Shown here: piece by piece, positions 12,001 to 26,200 of the stretch
Position numbering within the stretch: position 1 is the stretch's first letter
How the letters are laid out: the number at the start of each line of letters is the position of its first letter
Assembly: GCA_964016885.1 (NCBI GenBank)
Contig: OZ024758.1
Span: 37,696,001-37,760,000 of the forward strand
Direction: 5' to 3'
Length of the DNA: 64,000 nt
From: Eledone cirrhosa
Lineage: Eukaryota
Made by a program: the position numbers and the translations under genes
Notes under the pieces: model-generated
Databases searched by the model: none
What the model saw: only the letters and a program-made list of their open reading frames with translations
What the model was told of the DNA's origin: nothing

Positions 12001-15000
12001 AGTTCATGGTATTAGCTGTCAGAAGGAACTCCACTGTTGGTGAGAATTCATTTAAGTTCATGGTATTAGCTGTCAGAAGTAACTCCACTGTTGGTGAGAA
12101 TTCATTTAAGTCATGGTATTAGCTGTCAGAAGTAACTCCATTGTTGGTGAGAATTCAATTAAGTCATGGTACTAGCTGTCAGAAGTAACTCCAATGTTGG
12201 TGAGAATTCATTTAAGTTCATGTTATTAGCTGTCAGAAGGAACTCCACTGTTGGTGAGAATTCATTTAAGTTCATGGTATTAGCTGTCAGAAGTAACTCC
12301 ACTGTTGGTGAGAATTCATTTAAGTTCATGGTATTAGCTGTCAGAAGTAACTGCACCGTTGGTGAGAATTCATTTAAGTTCATGGTACTAGCTGTCAGAA
12401 GTAACTCCAATGTTGGTGAGAATTCATTTAAGTTCATGGTATTAGCTGTCAGAAGTAACTCCACTGTTGGTGAGAATTCATTTAAGTTCATGGTATTAGC
12501 TGTCAGAAGTAACTCCACTGTTGGTGAGAATTCATTTAAGTTCATGGTATTAGCTGTCAGAAGTAACTCCACTGTTGGTGAGAATTCATTTAAGTTCATG
12601 GTACTAGCTGTCAGAAGTAACTCCAATGTTGGTGAGAATTCATTTAAGTTCATGGTATTAGCTGTCAGAAGTAACTCCACTGTTGGTGAGAATTCATTTA
12701 AGTCATGGTATTAGCTGTCAGAAGTAACTCCACTGTTGGTGAGAATTCATTTAAGTTCATGGTATTAGCTGTCAGAAGTAACTCCACTGTTGGTGAGAAT
12801 TCATCTAAGTTCATGGTACTAGCTGTCAGAAGTAACTCCAATGTTGGTGAGAATTCATTTAAGTTCATGGTATTAGCTGTCAGAAGTAACTCCACTGTTG
12901 GTGAGAATTCATTTAAGTCATGGTATTAGCTGTCAGAAGTAACTCCACTGTTGGTGAGAATTCATTTAAGTTCATGGTATTAGCTGTCAGAAGTAACTCC
13001 ACTGTTGGTGAGAATTCATTTAAGTTCATGGTATTAGCTGTCAGAAGTAACTCCACTGTTGGTGAGAATTCATTTAAGTTCATGGTATTAGTTTGTCAGA
13101 AGTAACTCCACTGTTGGTGAGAATTCATTTAAGTCATGGTATTAGTTGTCAGAAGTAACTCCAATGTTGGTGAGAATTCATTTAAGTTCATGGTACTAGC
13201 TGTCAGAAATAACTCCACTGTTGGTGAGAATTCATTTAAGTTCATGGTAATAGCTGTCAGAAGTAACTCCACTGTTGGTGAGAATTCATTTAAGTCATGG
13301 TATTAGCTGTCAGAAGTAACTCCAATGTTGGTGAGAATTCATTTAAGTCATGGTACTAGCTGTCAGAAGTAACTCCAATGTTGGTGAGAATTCATTTAAG
13401 TTCATGGTATTAGCTGTCAGAAGTAACTCCACTGTTGGTGAGAATTCATTTAAGTTCATGGTATTAGCTGTCAGAAGGAACTCCACTGTTGGTGAGAATT
13501 CATTTAAGTCATGGTATTAGCTGTCAGAAGTAACTCCAATGTTGGTGAGAATTCATTTAAGTTCATGGTATTAGCTGTCAGAAGTCACTCCACTGTTGGT
13601 GAGAATTCATTTAAGTTCATGGTACTAGCTGTCAGAAGTAACCCCAATGTTGGTGAGAATTCATTTAAGTTCATGGTATTAGCTGTCAGAAGTCACTCCA
13701 ATGTTGGTGAGAATTCATTTAAGTCATGGTACTAGCTGTCAGAAGTAACTCCAATGTTGGTGAGAATTCATTTAAGTTCATTGTATTAGCTGTCAGAAGT
13801 AACTCCACTGTTGGTGAGAATTCGTTTAAGTTCATGGTATTAGCTGTCAGAAGTAACTCCACTGTTGGTGAGAATTCATTTAAGTTCATGGTATTAGCTG
13901 TCAGAAGTAACTCCACTGTTGGTGAGAATTCATTTAAGTTCATGGTATTAGCTGTCAGAAGTAACTCCACTGTTGGTGAGAATTCATTTAATTTCATGGT
14001 ATTAGCTGTCAGAAGGAACTCCAATGTTGGTGAGAATTCATTTAAGTCATGGTACTAGTTGTCAGAAGTAACTCCACTGTTGGTGAGAATTCATTTAAGT
14101 TCATGGTATTAGCTGTCAGAAGGAACGCCACTGTTGGTGAGAATTCATTTAAGTTCATGGTATTAGCTGTCAGAAGTAACTCCACTGTTGGTGAGAATTC
14201 ATTTAAGTTCATGGTACTAGCTGTCAGAAGTAACTCCAATGTTGGTGAGAATTCATTTAAGTTCATGGTATTAGCTGTCAGAAGGAACTCCACTGTTGCT
14301 GAGAATTCATTTAAGTTCATGGTATTAGCTGTCAGAAATAACTCCACTGTTGGTGAGAATTCATTTAATTTCATGGTATTAGCTGTCAGAAGGAACTCCA
14401 ATGTTGGTGAGAATTCATTTAAGTCATGGTACTAGTTGTCAGAAGTAACTCCACTGTTGGTGAGAATTCATTTAAGTTCATGGTATTAGCTGTCAGAAGG
14501 AACGCCACTGTTGGTGAGAATTCATTTAAGTTCATGGTATTAGCTGTCAGAAGTAACTCCACTGTTGGTGAGAATTCATTTAAGTTCATGGTACTAGCTG
14601 TCAGAAGTAACTCCAATGTTGGTGAGAATTCATTTAAGTTCATGGTATTAGCTGTCAGAAGGAACTCCACTGTTGCTGAGAATTCATTTAAGTTCATGGT
14701 ATTAGCTGTCAGAAGTAACTCCACTGTTGGTGAGAATTCATTTAAGTTCATGGTACTAGCTGTCAGAAGTAACTCCACTGTTGGTGAGAATTCATTTAGT
14801 TCATGGTATTAGCTGTCAGAAGTAACTCCACTGTTGGTGAGAATTCATTTAAGTTCATGGTACTAGCTGTCAGAAGTAACTCCAATGTTGGTGAGAATTC
14901 ATTTAAGTTCATGGTATTAGCTGTCAGAGGTAACTCCACTGTTGGTGAGATTTCAGTTAAGTCATGGTATTAGCTGTCAGAAGTAACTCCAATGTTGGTG

Positions 15001-18000
15001 AGAATTCATTTAAGTTCATGGTATTAGCTGTCAGAAGTAACTCCAATGTTGGTGAGAATTCATTTAAGTTCATGGTATTAGCTGTCAGAAGTAACTCCAA
15101 TGTTGGTGAGAATTCATTTAAGTTCATGGTACTAGCTGTCAGAAGTAACTCCACTGTTGGTGAGAATTCATTTAAGTTCATGGTACTAGCTGTCAGAAGT
15201 AACTCCACTGTTGGTGAGAATTCATTTAAGTTCATGGTATTAGCTGTCAGAAGTCACTCCAATGTTGGTGAGAATTCATTTAGGTTCATGGTATTAGCTG
15301 TCAGAAGTCACTCCACTGTTGGTGAGAATTCATTTAAGTTCATGGTACTAGCTGGCAGAAGTAACCCCAATGTTGGTGAGAATTCATTTAAGTTCATGGT
15401 ATTAGCTGTCAGAAGTCACTCCACTGTTGGTGAGAATTCATTTAAGTTCATGGTATTAGCTGTCAGAAGTAACTCCACTGTTGGTGAGAATTCATTTATG
15501 TTCATGGTATTAGTTTGTCAGAAGTAACTCCACTGTTGGTGAGAATTCATTTAAGTTCATGGTATTAGCTGTCAGAAGTCACTCCAATGTTGGTGAGAAT
15601 TCATTTAAGTTCATGGTACTAGCTGGCAGAAGTAACCCCAATGTTGGTGAGAATTCATTTAAGTTCATGGTATTAGCTGTCAGAAGGAACTCCACTGTTG
15701 CTGAGAATTCATTTAAGTTCATGGTATTAGCTGTCAGAAGTAACTCCACTGTTGGTGAGAATTCATTTAAGTTCATGGTACTAGCTGTCAGAAGTAACTC
15801 CACTGTTGGTGAGAATTCATTTAAGTTCATGGTATTAGCTGTCAGAAGTCACTCCAATGTTGGTGAGAATTCATTTAGGTTCATGGTATTAGCTGTCAGA
15901 AGTCACTCCACTGTTGGTGAGAATTCATTTAAGTTCATGGTACTAGCTGGCAGAAGTAACCCCAATGTTGGTGAGAATTCATTTAAGTTCATGGTATTAG
16001 CTGTCAGAAGTCACTCCAATGTTGGTGAGAATTCATTTAAGTTCATGGTATTAGCTGTCAGAAGTAACTCCACTGTTGGTGAGAATTCATTTATGTTCAT
16101 GGTATTAGTTTGTCAGAAGTAACTCCACTGTTGGTGAGAATTCATTTAAGTCATGGTATTAGTTGTCAGAAGTAACTCCAATGTTGGTGAGAATTCATTT
16201 AAGTTCATGGTATTAGCTGTCAGAAGGAACTCCACTGTTGGTGAGAATTCATTTAAGTTCATGGTATTAGCTGTCAGAAGGAACTCCAATGTTGGTGAGA
16301 ATTCATTTAAGTCATGGTACTAGCTGTCAGAAGTAACTCCACTGTTGGTGAGAATTCATTTAAGTTCATGGTATTAGCTGTCAGAAGGAACGCCACTGTT
16401 GGTGAGAATTCATTTAAGTTCATGGTATTAGCTGTCAGAAGTAACTCCACTGTTGGTGAGAATTCATTTAAGTTCATGGTACTAGCTGTCAGAAGTAACT
16501 CCAATGTTGGTGAGAATTCATTTAAGTTCATGGTATTAGCTGTCAGAAGGAACTCCACTGTTGGTGAGAATTCATTTAAGTTCATGGTATTAGCTGTCAG
16601 AAGTAACTCCACTGTTGGTGAGAATTCATTTAAGTCATGGTATTAGCTGTCAGAAGTAACTCCATTGTTGGTGAGAATTCAATTAAGTCATGGTACTAGC
16701 TGTCAGAAGTAACTCCAATGTTGGTGAGAATTCATTTAAGTTCATGTTATTAGCTGTCAGAAGGAACTCCACTGTTGGTGAGAATTCATTTAAGTTCATG
16801 GTATTAGCTGTCAGAAGTAACTCCACTGTTGGTGAGAATTCATTTAAGTTCATGGTATTAGCTGTCAGAAGTAACTGCACCGTTGGTGAGAATTCATTTA
16901 AGTTCATGGTACTAGCTGTCAGAAGTAACTCCAATGTTGGTGAGAATTCATTTAAGTTCATGGTATTAGCTGTCAGAAGTAACTCCACTGTTGGTGAGAA
17001 TTCATTTAAGTTCATGGTATTAGCTGTCAGAAGTAACTCCACTGTTGGTGAGAATTCATTTAAGTTCATGGTATTAGCTGTCAGAAGTAACTCCACTGTT
17101 GGTGAGAATTCATTTAAGTTCATGGTACTAGCTGTCAGAAGTAACTCCAATGTTGGTGAGAATTCATTTAAGTTCATGGTATTAGCTGTCAGAAGTAACT
17201 CCACTGTTGGTGAGAATTCATTTAAGTCATGGTATTAGCTGTCAGAAGTAACTCCACTGTTGGTGAGAATTCATTTAAGTTCATGGTATTAGCTGTCAGA
17301 AGTAACTCCACTGTTGGTGAGAATTCATCTAAGTTCATGGTACTAGCTGTCAGAAGTAACTCCAATGTTGGTGAGAATTCATTTAAGTTCATGGTATTAG
17401 CTGTCAGAAGTAACTCCACTGTTGGTGAGAATTCATTTAAGTCATGGTATTAGCTGTCAGAAGTAACTCCACTGTTGGTGAGAATTCATTTAAGTTCATG
17501 GTATTAGCTGTCAGAAGTAACTCCACTGTTGGTGAGAATTCATTTAAGTTCATGGTATTAGCTGTCAGAAGTAACTCCACTGTTGGTGAGAATTCATTTA
17601 AGTTCATGGTATTAGTTTGTCAGAAGTAACTCCACTGTTGGTGAGAATTCATTTAAGTCATGGTATTAGTTGTCAGAAGTAACTCCAATGTTGGTGAGAA
17701 TTCATTTAAGTTCATGGTACTAGCTGTCAGAAATAACTCCACTGTTGGTGAGAATTCATTTAAGTTCATGGTAATAGCTGTCAGAAGTAACTCCACTGTT
17801 GGTGAGAATTCATTTAAGTCATGGTATTAGCTGTCAGAAGTAACTCCAATGTTGGTGAGAATTCATTTAAGTCATGGTACTAGCTGTCAGAAGTAACTCC
17901 AATGTTGGTGAGAATTCATTTAAGTTCATGGTATTAGCTGTCAGAAGTAACTCCACTGTTGGTGAGAATTCATTTAAGTTCATGGTACTAGCTGTCAGAA

Positions 18001-21000
18001 GTAACTCCAATGTTGGTGAGAATTCATTTAAGTTCATGGTATTAGCTGTCAGAAGGAACTCCACTGTTGCTGAGAATTCATTTAAGTTCATGGTATTAGC
18101 TGTCAGAAGTCACTCCACTGTTGGTGAGAATTCATTTAAGTTCATGGTACTAGCTGTCAGAAGTAACCCCAATGTTGGTGAGAATTCATTTAAGTTCATG
18201 GTATTAGCTGTCAGAAGTCACTCCAATGTTGGTGAGAATTCATTTAAGTTCATGGTATTAGCTGTCAGAAGTAACTCCACTGTTGGTGAGAATTCATTTA
18301 AGTTCATGGTATTAGCTGTCAGAAGGAACGCCACTGTTGGTGAGAATTCATTTAAGTTCATGGTATTAGCTGTCAGAAGTAACTCCACTGTTGGTGAGAA
18401 TTCATTTAAGTTCATGCTACTAGCTGTCAGAAGTAACTCCTATGTTGGTGAGAATTCATTTAAGTTCATGGTATTAGCTGTCAGAAGGAACTCCACTGTT
18501 GCTGAGAATTCATTTAAGTTCATGGTATTAGCTGTCAGAAGTAACTCCAATGTTGGTGAGAATTCATTTAAGTCATGGTATTAGTTGTCAGAAGTAACTC
18601 CAATGTTGGTGAGAATTCATTTAAGTTCATGGTACTAGCTGTCAGAAGGAACGCCACTGTTGGTGAGAATTCATTTAAGTTCATGGTATTAGCTGTCAGA
18701 AGTAACTCCACTGTTGGTGAGAATTCATTTAAGTTCATGGTACTAGCTGTCAGAAGTAACTCCAATGTTGGTGAGAATTCATTTAAGTTCATGGTACTAG
18801 CTGTCAGAAGGAACGCCACTGTTGGTGAGAATTCATTTAAGTTCATGGTATTAGCTGTCAGAAGTAACTCCACTGTTGGTGAGAATTCATTTAAGTTCAT
18901 GGTACTAGCTGTCAGAAGTAACTCCAATGTTGGTGAGAATTCATTTAAGTTCATGTTATTAGCTGTCAGAAGGAACTCCACTGTTGGTGAGAATTCATTT
19001 AAGTTCATGGTATTAGCTGTCAGAAGTAACTCCATTGTTGGTGAGAATTCATTTAAGTCATGGTACTAGCTGTCAGAAGTAACTCCAATGTTGGTGAGAA
19101 TTCATTTAAGTCATGGTACTAGCTGTCAGAAGTAACTCCAATGTTGGTGAGAATTCATTTAAGTTCATGGTATTAGCTGTCAGAAGGAACTCCACTGTTG
19201 GTGAGAATTCATTTAAGTTCATGGTATTAGCTGTCAGAAGTAACTCCACTGTTGGTGAGAATTCATTTAGTTCATGGTATTAGCTGTCAGAAGTAACTCC
19301 ACTGTTGGTGAGAATTCATTTAAGTTCATGGTACTAGCTGTCAGAAGTAACTCCAATGTTGGTGAGAATTCATTTAAGTTCATGGTATTAGCTGTCAGAA
19401 GTAACTCCACTGTTGGTGAGAATTCAGTTAAGTCATGGTATTAGCTGTCAGAAGTAACTCCAATGTTGGTGAGAATTCACTTAAGTTCATGGTATTAGCT
19501 GTCAGAAGTAACTCCACTGTTGGTGAGAATTCATTTAAGTTCATGGTATTAGCTGTCAGAAGTAACTCCACTGTTGGTGAGAATTCATTTAAGTTCATGG
19601 TACTAGCTGTCAGAAGTAACTCCACTGTTGGTGAGAATTCATTTAAGTTCATGGTATTAGTTTGTCAGAAGTAACTCCACTGTTGGTGAGAATTCATTTA
19701 AGTCATGGTATTAGTTGTCAGAAGTAACTCCAATGTTGGTGAGAATTCATTTAAGTTCATGGTACTAGCTGTCAGAAGTAAATCCACTGTTGGTGAGAAT
19801 TCATTTAAGTTCATGGTATTAGCTGTCAGAAGTAACTCCACTGTTGGTGAGAATTCATTTAAGTCATGGTATTAGCTGTCAGAAGTAACTCCAATGTTGG
19901 TGAGAATTCATTTAAGTCATGGTACTAGCTGTCAGAAGTAACTCCAATGTTGGTGAGAATTCATTTAAGTTCATTGTATTAGCTGTCAGAAGTAACTCCA
20001 CTGTTGGTGAGAATTCGTTTAAGTTCATGGTATTAGCTGTCAGAAGTAACTCCACTGTTGGTGAGAATTCATTTAAGTTCATGGTATTAGCTGTCAGAAG
20101 GAACTCCAATGTTGGTGAGAATTCATTTAAGTCATGGTACTAGCTGTCAGAAGTAACTCCACTGTTGGTGAGAATTCATTTAAGTTCATGGTATTAGCTG
20201 TCAGAAGGAACGCCACTGTTGGTGAGAATTCATTTAAGTTCATGGTATTAGCTGTCAGAAGTAACTCCACTGTTGGTGAGAATTCATTTAAGTTCATGGT
20301 ACTAGCTGTCAGAAGTAACTCCAATGTTGGTGAGAATTCATTTAAGTTCATGGTATTAGCTGTCAGAAGGAACTCCACTGTTGCTGAGAATTCATTTAAG
20401 TTCATGGTATTAGCTGTCAGAAGTAACTCCACCGTTGGTGAGAATTCATTTAAGTTCATGGTACTAGCTGTCAGAAGTAACTCCACTGTTGGTGAGAATT
20501 CATTTAAGTTCATGGTATTAGCTGTCAGAAGTCACTCCAATGTTGGTGAGAATTCATTTAGGTTCATGGTATTAGCTGTCAGAAGTCACTCCACTGTTGG
20601 TGAGAATTCATTTAAGTTCATGGTACTAGCTGGCAGAAGTAACCCCAATGTTGGTGAGAATTCATTTAAGTTCATGGTATTAGCTGTCAGAAGTCACTCC
20701 AATGTTGGTGAGAATTCATTTAAGTTCATGGTATTAGCTGTCAGAAGTAACTCCACTGTTGGTGAGAATTCATTTATGTTCATGGTATTAGTTTGTCAGA
20801 AGTAACTCCACTGTTGGTGAGAATTCATTTAAGTCATGGTATTAGTTGTCAGAAGTAACTCCAATGTTGGTGAGAATTCATTTAAGTTCATGGTATTAGC
20901 TGTCAGAAGGAACTCCACTGTTGGTGAGAATTCATTTAAGTTCATGGTATTAGCTGTCAGAAGGAACTCCAATGTTGGTGAGAATTCATTTAAGTCATGG

Positions 21001-23047
21001 TACTAGCTGTCAGAAGTAACTCCACTGTTGGTGAGAATTCATTTAAGTTCATGGTATTAGCTGTCAGAAGGAACGCCACTGTTGGTGAGAATTCATTTAA
21101 GTTCATGGTATTAGCTGTCAGAAGTAACTCCACTGTTGGTGAGAATTCATTTAAGTTCATGGTACTAGCTGTCAGAAGTAACTCCAATGTTGGTGAGAAT
21201 TCATTTAAGTTCATGGTATTAGCTGTCAGAAGGAACTCCACTGTTGGTGAGAATTCATTTAAGTTCATGGTATTAGCTGTCAGAAGTAACTCCACTGTTG
21301 GTGAGAATTCATTTAAGTCATGGTATTAGCTGTCAGAAGTAACTCCATTGTTGGTGAGAATTCAATTAAGTCATGGTACTAGCTGTCAGAAGTAACTCCA
21401 ATGTTGGTGAGAATTCATTTAAGTTCATGTTATTAGCTGTCAGAAGGAACTCCACTGTTGGTGAGAATTCATTTAAGTTCATGGTATTAGCTGTCAGAAG
21501 TAACTCCACTGTTGGTGAGAATTCATTTAAGTTCATGGTATTAGCTGTCAGAAGTAACTGCACCGTTGGTGAGAATTCATTTAAGTTCATGGTACTAGCT
21601 GTCAGAAGTAACTCCAATGTTGGTGAGAATTCATTTAAGTTCATGGTATTAGCTGTCAGAAGTAACTCCACTGTTGGTGAGAATTCATTTAAGTTCATGG
21701 TATTAGCTGTCAGAAGTAACTCCACTGTTGGTGAGAATTCATTTAAGTTCATGGTATTAGCTGTCAGAAGTAACTCCACTGTTGGTGAGAATTCATTTAA
21801 GTTCATGGTACTAGCTGTCAGAAGTAACTCCAATGTTGGTGAGAATTCATTTAAGTTCATGGTATTAGCTGTCAGAAGTAACTCCACTGTTGGTGAGAAT
21901 TCATTTAAGTCATGGTATTAGCTGTCAGAAGTAACTCCACTGTTGGTGAGAATTCATTTAAGTTCATGGTATTAGCTGTCAGAAGTAACTCCACTGTTGG
22001 TGAGAATTCATCTAAGTTCATGGTACTAGCTGTCAGAAGTAACTCCAATGTTGGTGAGAATTCATTTAAGTTCATGGTATTAGCTGTCAGAAGTAACTCC
22101 ACTGTTGGTGAGAATTCATTTAAGTCATGGTATTAGCTGTCAGAAGTAACTCCACTGTTGGTGAGAATTCATTTAAGTTCATGGTATTAGCTGTCAGAAG
22201 TAACTCCACTGTTGGTGAGAATTCATTTAAGTTCATGGTATTAGCTGTCAGAAGTAACTCCACTGTTGGTGAGAATTCATTTAAGTTCATGGTATTAGTT
22301 TGTCAGAAGTAACTCCACTGTTGGTGAGAATTCATTTAAGTCATGGTATTAGTTGTCAGAAGTAACTCCAATGTTGGTGAGAATTCATTTAAGTTCATGG
22401 TACTAGCTGTCAGAAATAACTCCACTGTTGGTGAGAATTCATTTAAGTTCATGGTAATAGCTGTCAGAAGTAACTCCACTGTTGGTGAGAATTCATTTAA
22501 GTCATGGTATTAGCTGTCAGAAGTAACTCCAATGTTGGTGAGAATTCATTTAAGTCATGGTACTAGCTGTCAGAAGTAACTCCAATGTTGGTGAGAATTC
22601 ATTTAAGTTCATGGTATTAGCTGTCAGAAGTAACTCCACTGTTGGTGAGAATTCATTTAAGTTCATGGTATTAGCTGTCAGAAGTAACTCCACTGTTGGT
22701 GAGAATTCATTTAAGTCATGGTATTAGCTGTCAGAAGTAACTCCAATGTTGGTGGGAATTCATTTAAGTTCATGGTATTAGCTGTCAGAAGTCACTCCAC
22801 TGTTGGTGAGAATTCATTTAAGTTCATGGTACTAGCTGTCAGAAGTAACCCCAATGTTGGTGAGAATTCATTTAAGTTCATGGTATTAGCTGTCAGAAGT
22901 CACTCCAATGTTGGTGAGAATTCATTTAAGTTCATGGTATTAGCTGTCAGAAGTAACTCCACTGTTGGTGAGAATTCATTTAAGTTCATGGTATTAGCTG
23001 TCAGAAGGAACGCCACTGTTGGTGAGAATTCATTTAAGTTCATGGTA
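9027..23047 (+). repeat. 14.0-kb duplicated block, copy 1 (copy 2 at 48292-62312)
   Basis: The ORF track repeats at a constant offset of 39,265 (9369/48634, 10927/50192, 14964/54229, 17874/57139, 22718/61983). Rare variants are shared, for example AGAGGT...GAGATTTCAG (about 14926/54191), TCACTTAAG (about 19477/58742) and GGTGGGAATT (22751/62016). Confidence 0.93.
11140..22680 (+). repeat. Three copies of a roughly 2.3-kb block at offsets 4,524 and 4,683 bp (about 11140-13463, 15664-17987, 20347-22670)
   Basis: ORF series 11790/16314/20997, 12166/16690/21373 and 12705/17229/21912. Shared variants TCATCTAAG, AGAAATAAC and GGTAATAGC. Boundaries are approximate. Confidence 0.87.
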
Positions 23048-23289
23048 CTAGCTGTCAGAAGTAACTCCAATGTTGGTGAGAATTCATTTAAGTTCATGGT
23101 ATTAGCTGTCAGAAGGAACTCCACTGTTGCTGAGAATTCATTTAAGTTCATGGTATTAGCTGTCAGAAGTAACTCCACTGTTGGTGAGAATTCATTTAAG
23201 TTCATGGTACTAGCTGTCAGAAGTAACTCCACTGTTGGTGAGAATTCATTTAAGTTCATGGTATTAGCTGTCAGAAGTCACTCCAATGT

Positions 23290-26200
23290 TGGTGAGAATT
23301 CATTTAAGTTCATGGTATTAGCTGTCAGAAGTCACTCCACTGTTGGTGAGAATTCATTTAAGTTCATGGTACTAGCTGTCAGAAGTAACCCCAATGTTGG
23401 TGAGAATTCATTTAAGTTCATGGTATTAGCTGTCAGAAGTCACTCCAATGTTGGCGAGAATTCATTTAAGTTCATGGTATTAGCTGTCAGAAGTAACTCC
23501 ACTGTTGGTGAGAATTCATTTAAGTTCATGGTATTAGCTGTCAGAAGTAACTCCACTGTTGGTGAGAATTCATTTAAGTTCATGGTATTAGCTGTCAGAA
23601 GGAACTCCACTGTTGGTGAGAATTCATTTAAGTTCATGGTACTAGCTGTCAGAAGTAACTCCACTGTTGGTGAGAATTCATTTAAGTTCATGGTATTAGT
23701 TTGTCAGAAGTAACTCCACTGTTGGTGAGAATTCATTTAAGTCATGGTACTAGCTGTCAGAAGTAACTCCACTGTTGGTGAGAATTCATTTAAGTTCATG
23801 GTATTAGCTGTCAGAAGTAACTCCACTGTTGGTGAGAATTCATTTAAGTTCATGGTATTAGCTGTCAGAAGTAACTCCACTGTTGGTGAGAATTCATTTA
23901 AGTTCATGGTATTAGCTGTTAGATGGAACTCCAATGTTGGTGAGAATTCATTTAAGTCATGGTACTAGCTGTCAGAAGTAACTCCACTGTTGGTGAGAAT
24001 TCATTTAAGTTCATGGTATTAGCTGTCAGAAGGAACGCCACTGTTGGTGAGAATTCATTTAAGTTAATGGTATTAGCTGTCAGAAGTAACTCCACTGTTG
24101 GTGAGAATTCATTTAAGTTCATGGTACTAGGTGTCAGAAGTAACTCCAATGTTGGTGAGAATTCATTTAAGTTCATGGTATTAGCTGTCAGAAGGAACTC
24201 CACTGTTGCTGAGAATTCATTTAAGTTCATGGTATTAGCTGTCAGAAGTAACTCCAATGTTGGTGAGAATTCATTTAAGTTCATGGTATTAGCTGTCAGA
24301 AGTAACTCCACTGTTGGTGAGAATTCATTTAAGTTCATGGTATTAGCTGTCAGAAGTAACTCCACTGTTGGTGAGAATTCATTTAAGTCATGGTATTAGC
24401 TGTCAGAAGTAACTCCAATGTTGGTGAGAATTTATTTAAGTTCATGGTATTAGCTGTCAGAAGTCACTCCACTGTTGGTGAGAATTCATTTAAGTTCATG
24501 GTACTAGCTGTCAGAAGTAACCCCAATGTTGGTGAGAATTCATTTAAGTTCATGTTATTAGCTGTCAGAAGTCACTCCAATGTTGGTGAGAATTCATTTA
24601 AGTTCATGGTATTAGCTGTCAGAAGTAACTCCACTGTTGGTGAGAATTCATTTAAGTTCATGGTATTAGCTGTCAGAAGTAACTCCACTGTTGGTGAGAA
24701 TTCATTTAAGTTCATGGTATTAGCTGTCAGAAGTAACTCCACTGTTGGTGAGAATTCATTTAAGTTCATGGTATTAGCTGTCAGAAGGAACTCCACTGTT
24801 GGTGAGAATTCATTTAAGTTCATGGTACTAGCTGTCAGAAGTAACTCCACTGTTGGTGAGAATTCATTTAAGTTCATGGTATTAGTTTGTCAGAAGTAAC
24901 TCCACTGTTGGTGAGAATTCATTTAAGTCATGGTACTAGCTGTCAGAAGTAACTCCACTGTTGGTGAGAATTCATTTAAGTTCATGGTATTAGCTGTCAG
25001 AAGTAACTCCAGTGTTGGTGAGAATTCATTTAAGTTCATGGTATTAGCTGTCAGAAGTAACTCCACTGTTGGTGAGAATTCATTTAAGTTCATGGTATTA
25101 GCTGTTAGATGGAACTCCAATGTTGGTGAGAATTCATTTAAGTCATGGTACTAGCTGTCAGAAGTAACTCCACTGTTGGTGAGAATTCATTTAAGTTCAT
25201 GGTATTAGCTGTCAGAAGGAACGCCACTGTTGGTGAGAATTCATTTAAGTTAATGGTATTAGCTGTCAGAAGTAACTCCACTGTTGGTGAGAATTCATTT
25301 AAGTTCATGGTACTAGGTGTCAGAAGTAACTCCAATGTTGGTGAGAATTCATTTAAGTTCATGGTATTAGCTGTCAGAAGGAACTCCACTGTTGCTGAGA
25401 ATTCATTTAAGTTCATGGTATTAGCTGTCAGAAGTAACTCCAATGTTGGTGAGAATTCATTTAAGTTCATGGTATTAGCTGTCAGAAGTAACTCCACTGT
25501 TGGTGAGAATTCATTTAAGTTCATGGTATTAGCTGTCAGAAGTAACTCCACTGTTGGTGAGAATTCATTTAAGTCATGGTATTAGCTGTCAGAAGTAACT
25601 CCAATGTTGGTGAGAATTCATTTAAGTTCATGGTATTAGCTGTCAGAAGTAACTCCACTGTTGGTGAGAATTCATTTAAGTTCATGGTATTAGCTGTCAG
25701 AAGGAACTCCACTGTTGGTGAGAATTCATTTAAGTTCATGGTACTAGCTGTCAGAAGTAACTCCACTGTTGGTGAGAATTCATTTAAGTTCATGGTATTA
25801 GTTTGTCAGAAGTAACTCCACTGTTGGTGAGAATTCATTTAAGTCATGGTACTAGCTGTCAGAAGTAACTCCACTGTTGGTGAGAATTCATTTAAGTTCA
25901 TGGTATTAGCTGTCAGAAGTAACTCCACTGTTGGTGAGAATTCATTTAAGTTCATGGTATTAGCTGTCAGAAGTAACTCCACTGTTGGTGAGAATTCATT
26001 TAAGTTCATGGTATTAGCTGTTAGATGGAACTCCAATGTTGGTGAGAATTCATTTAAGTCATGGTACTAGCTGTCAGAAGTAACTCCACTGTTGGTGAGA
26101 ATTCATTTAAGTTCATGGTATTAGCTGTCAGAAGGAACGCCACTGTTGGTGAGAATTCATTTAAGTTAATGGTATTAGCTGTCAGAAGTAACTCCACTGT

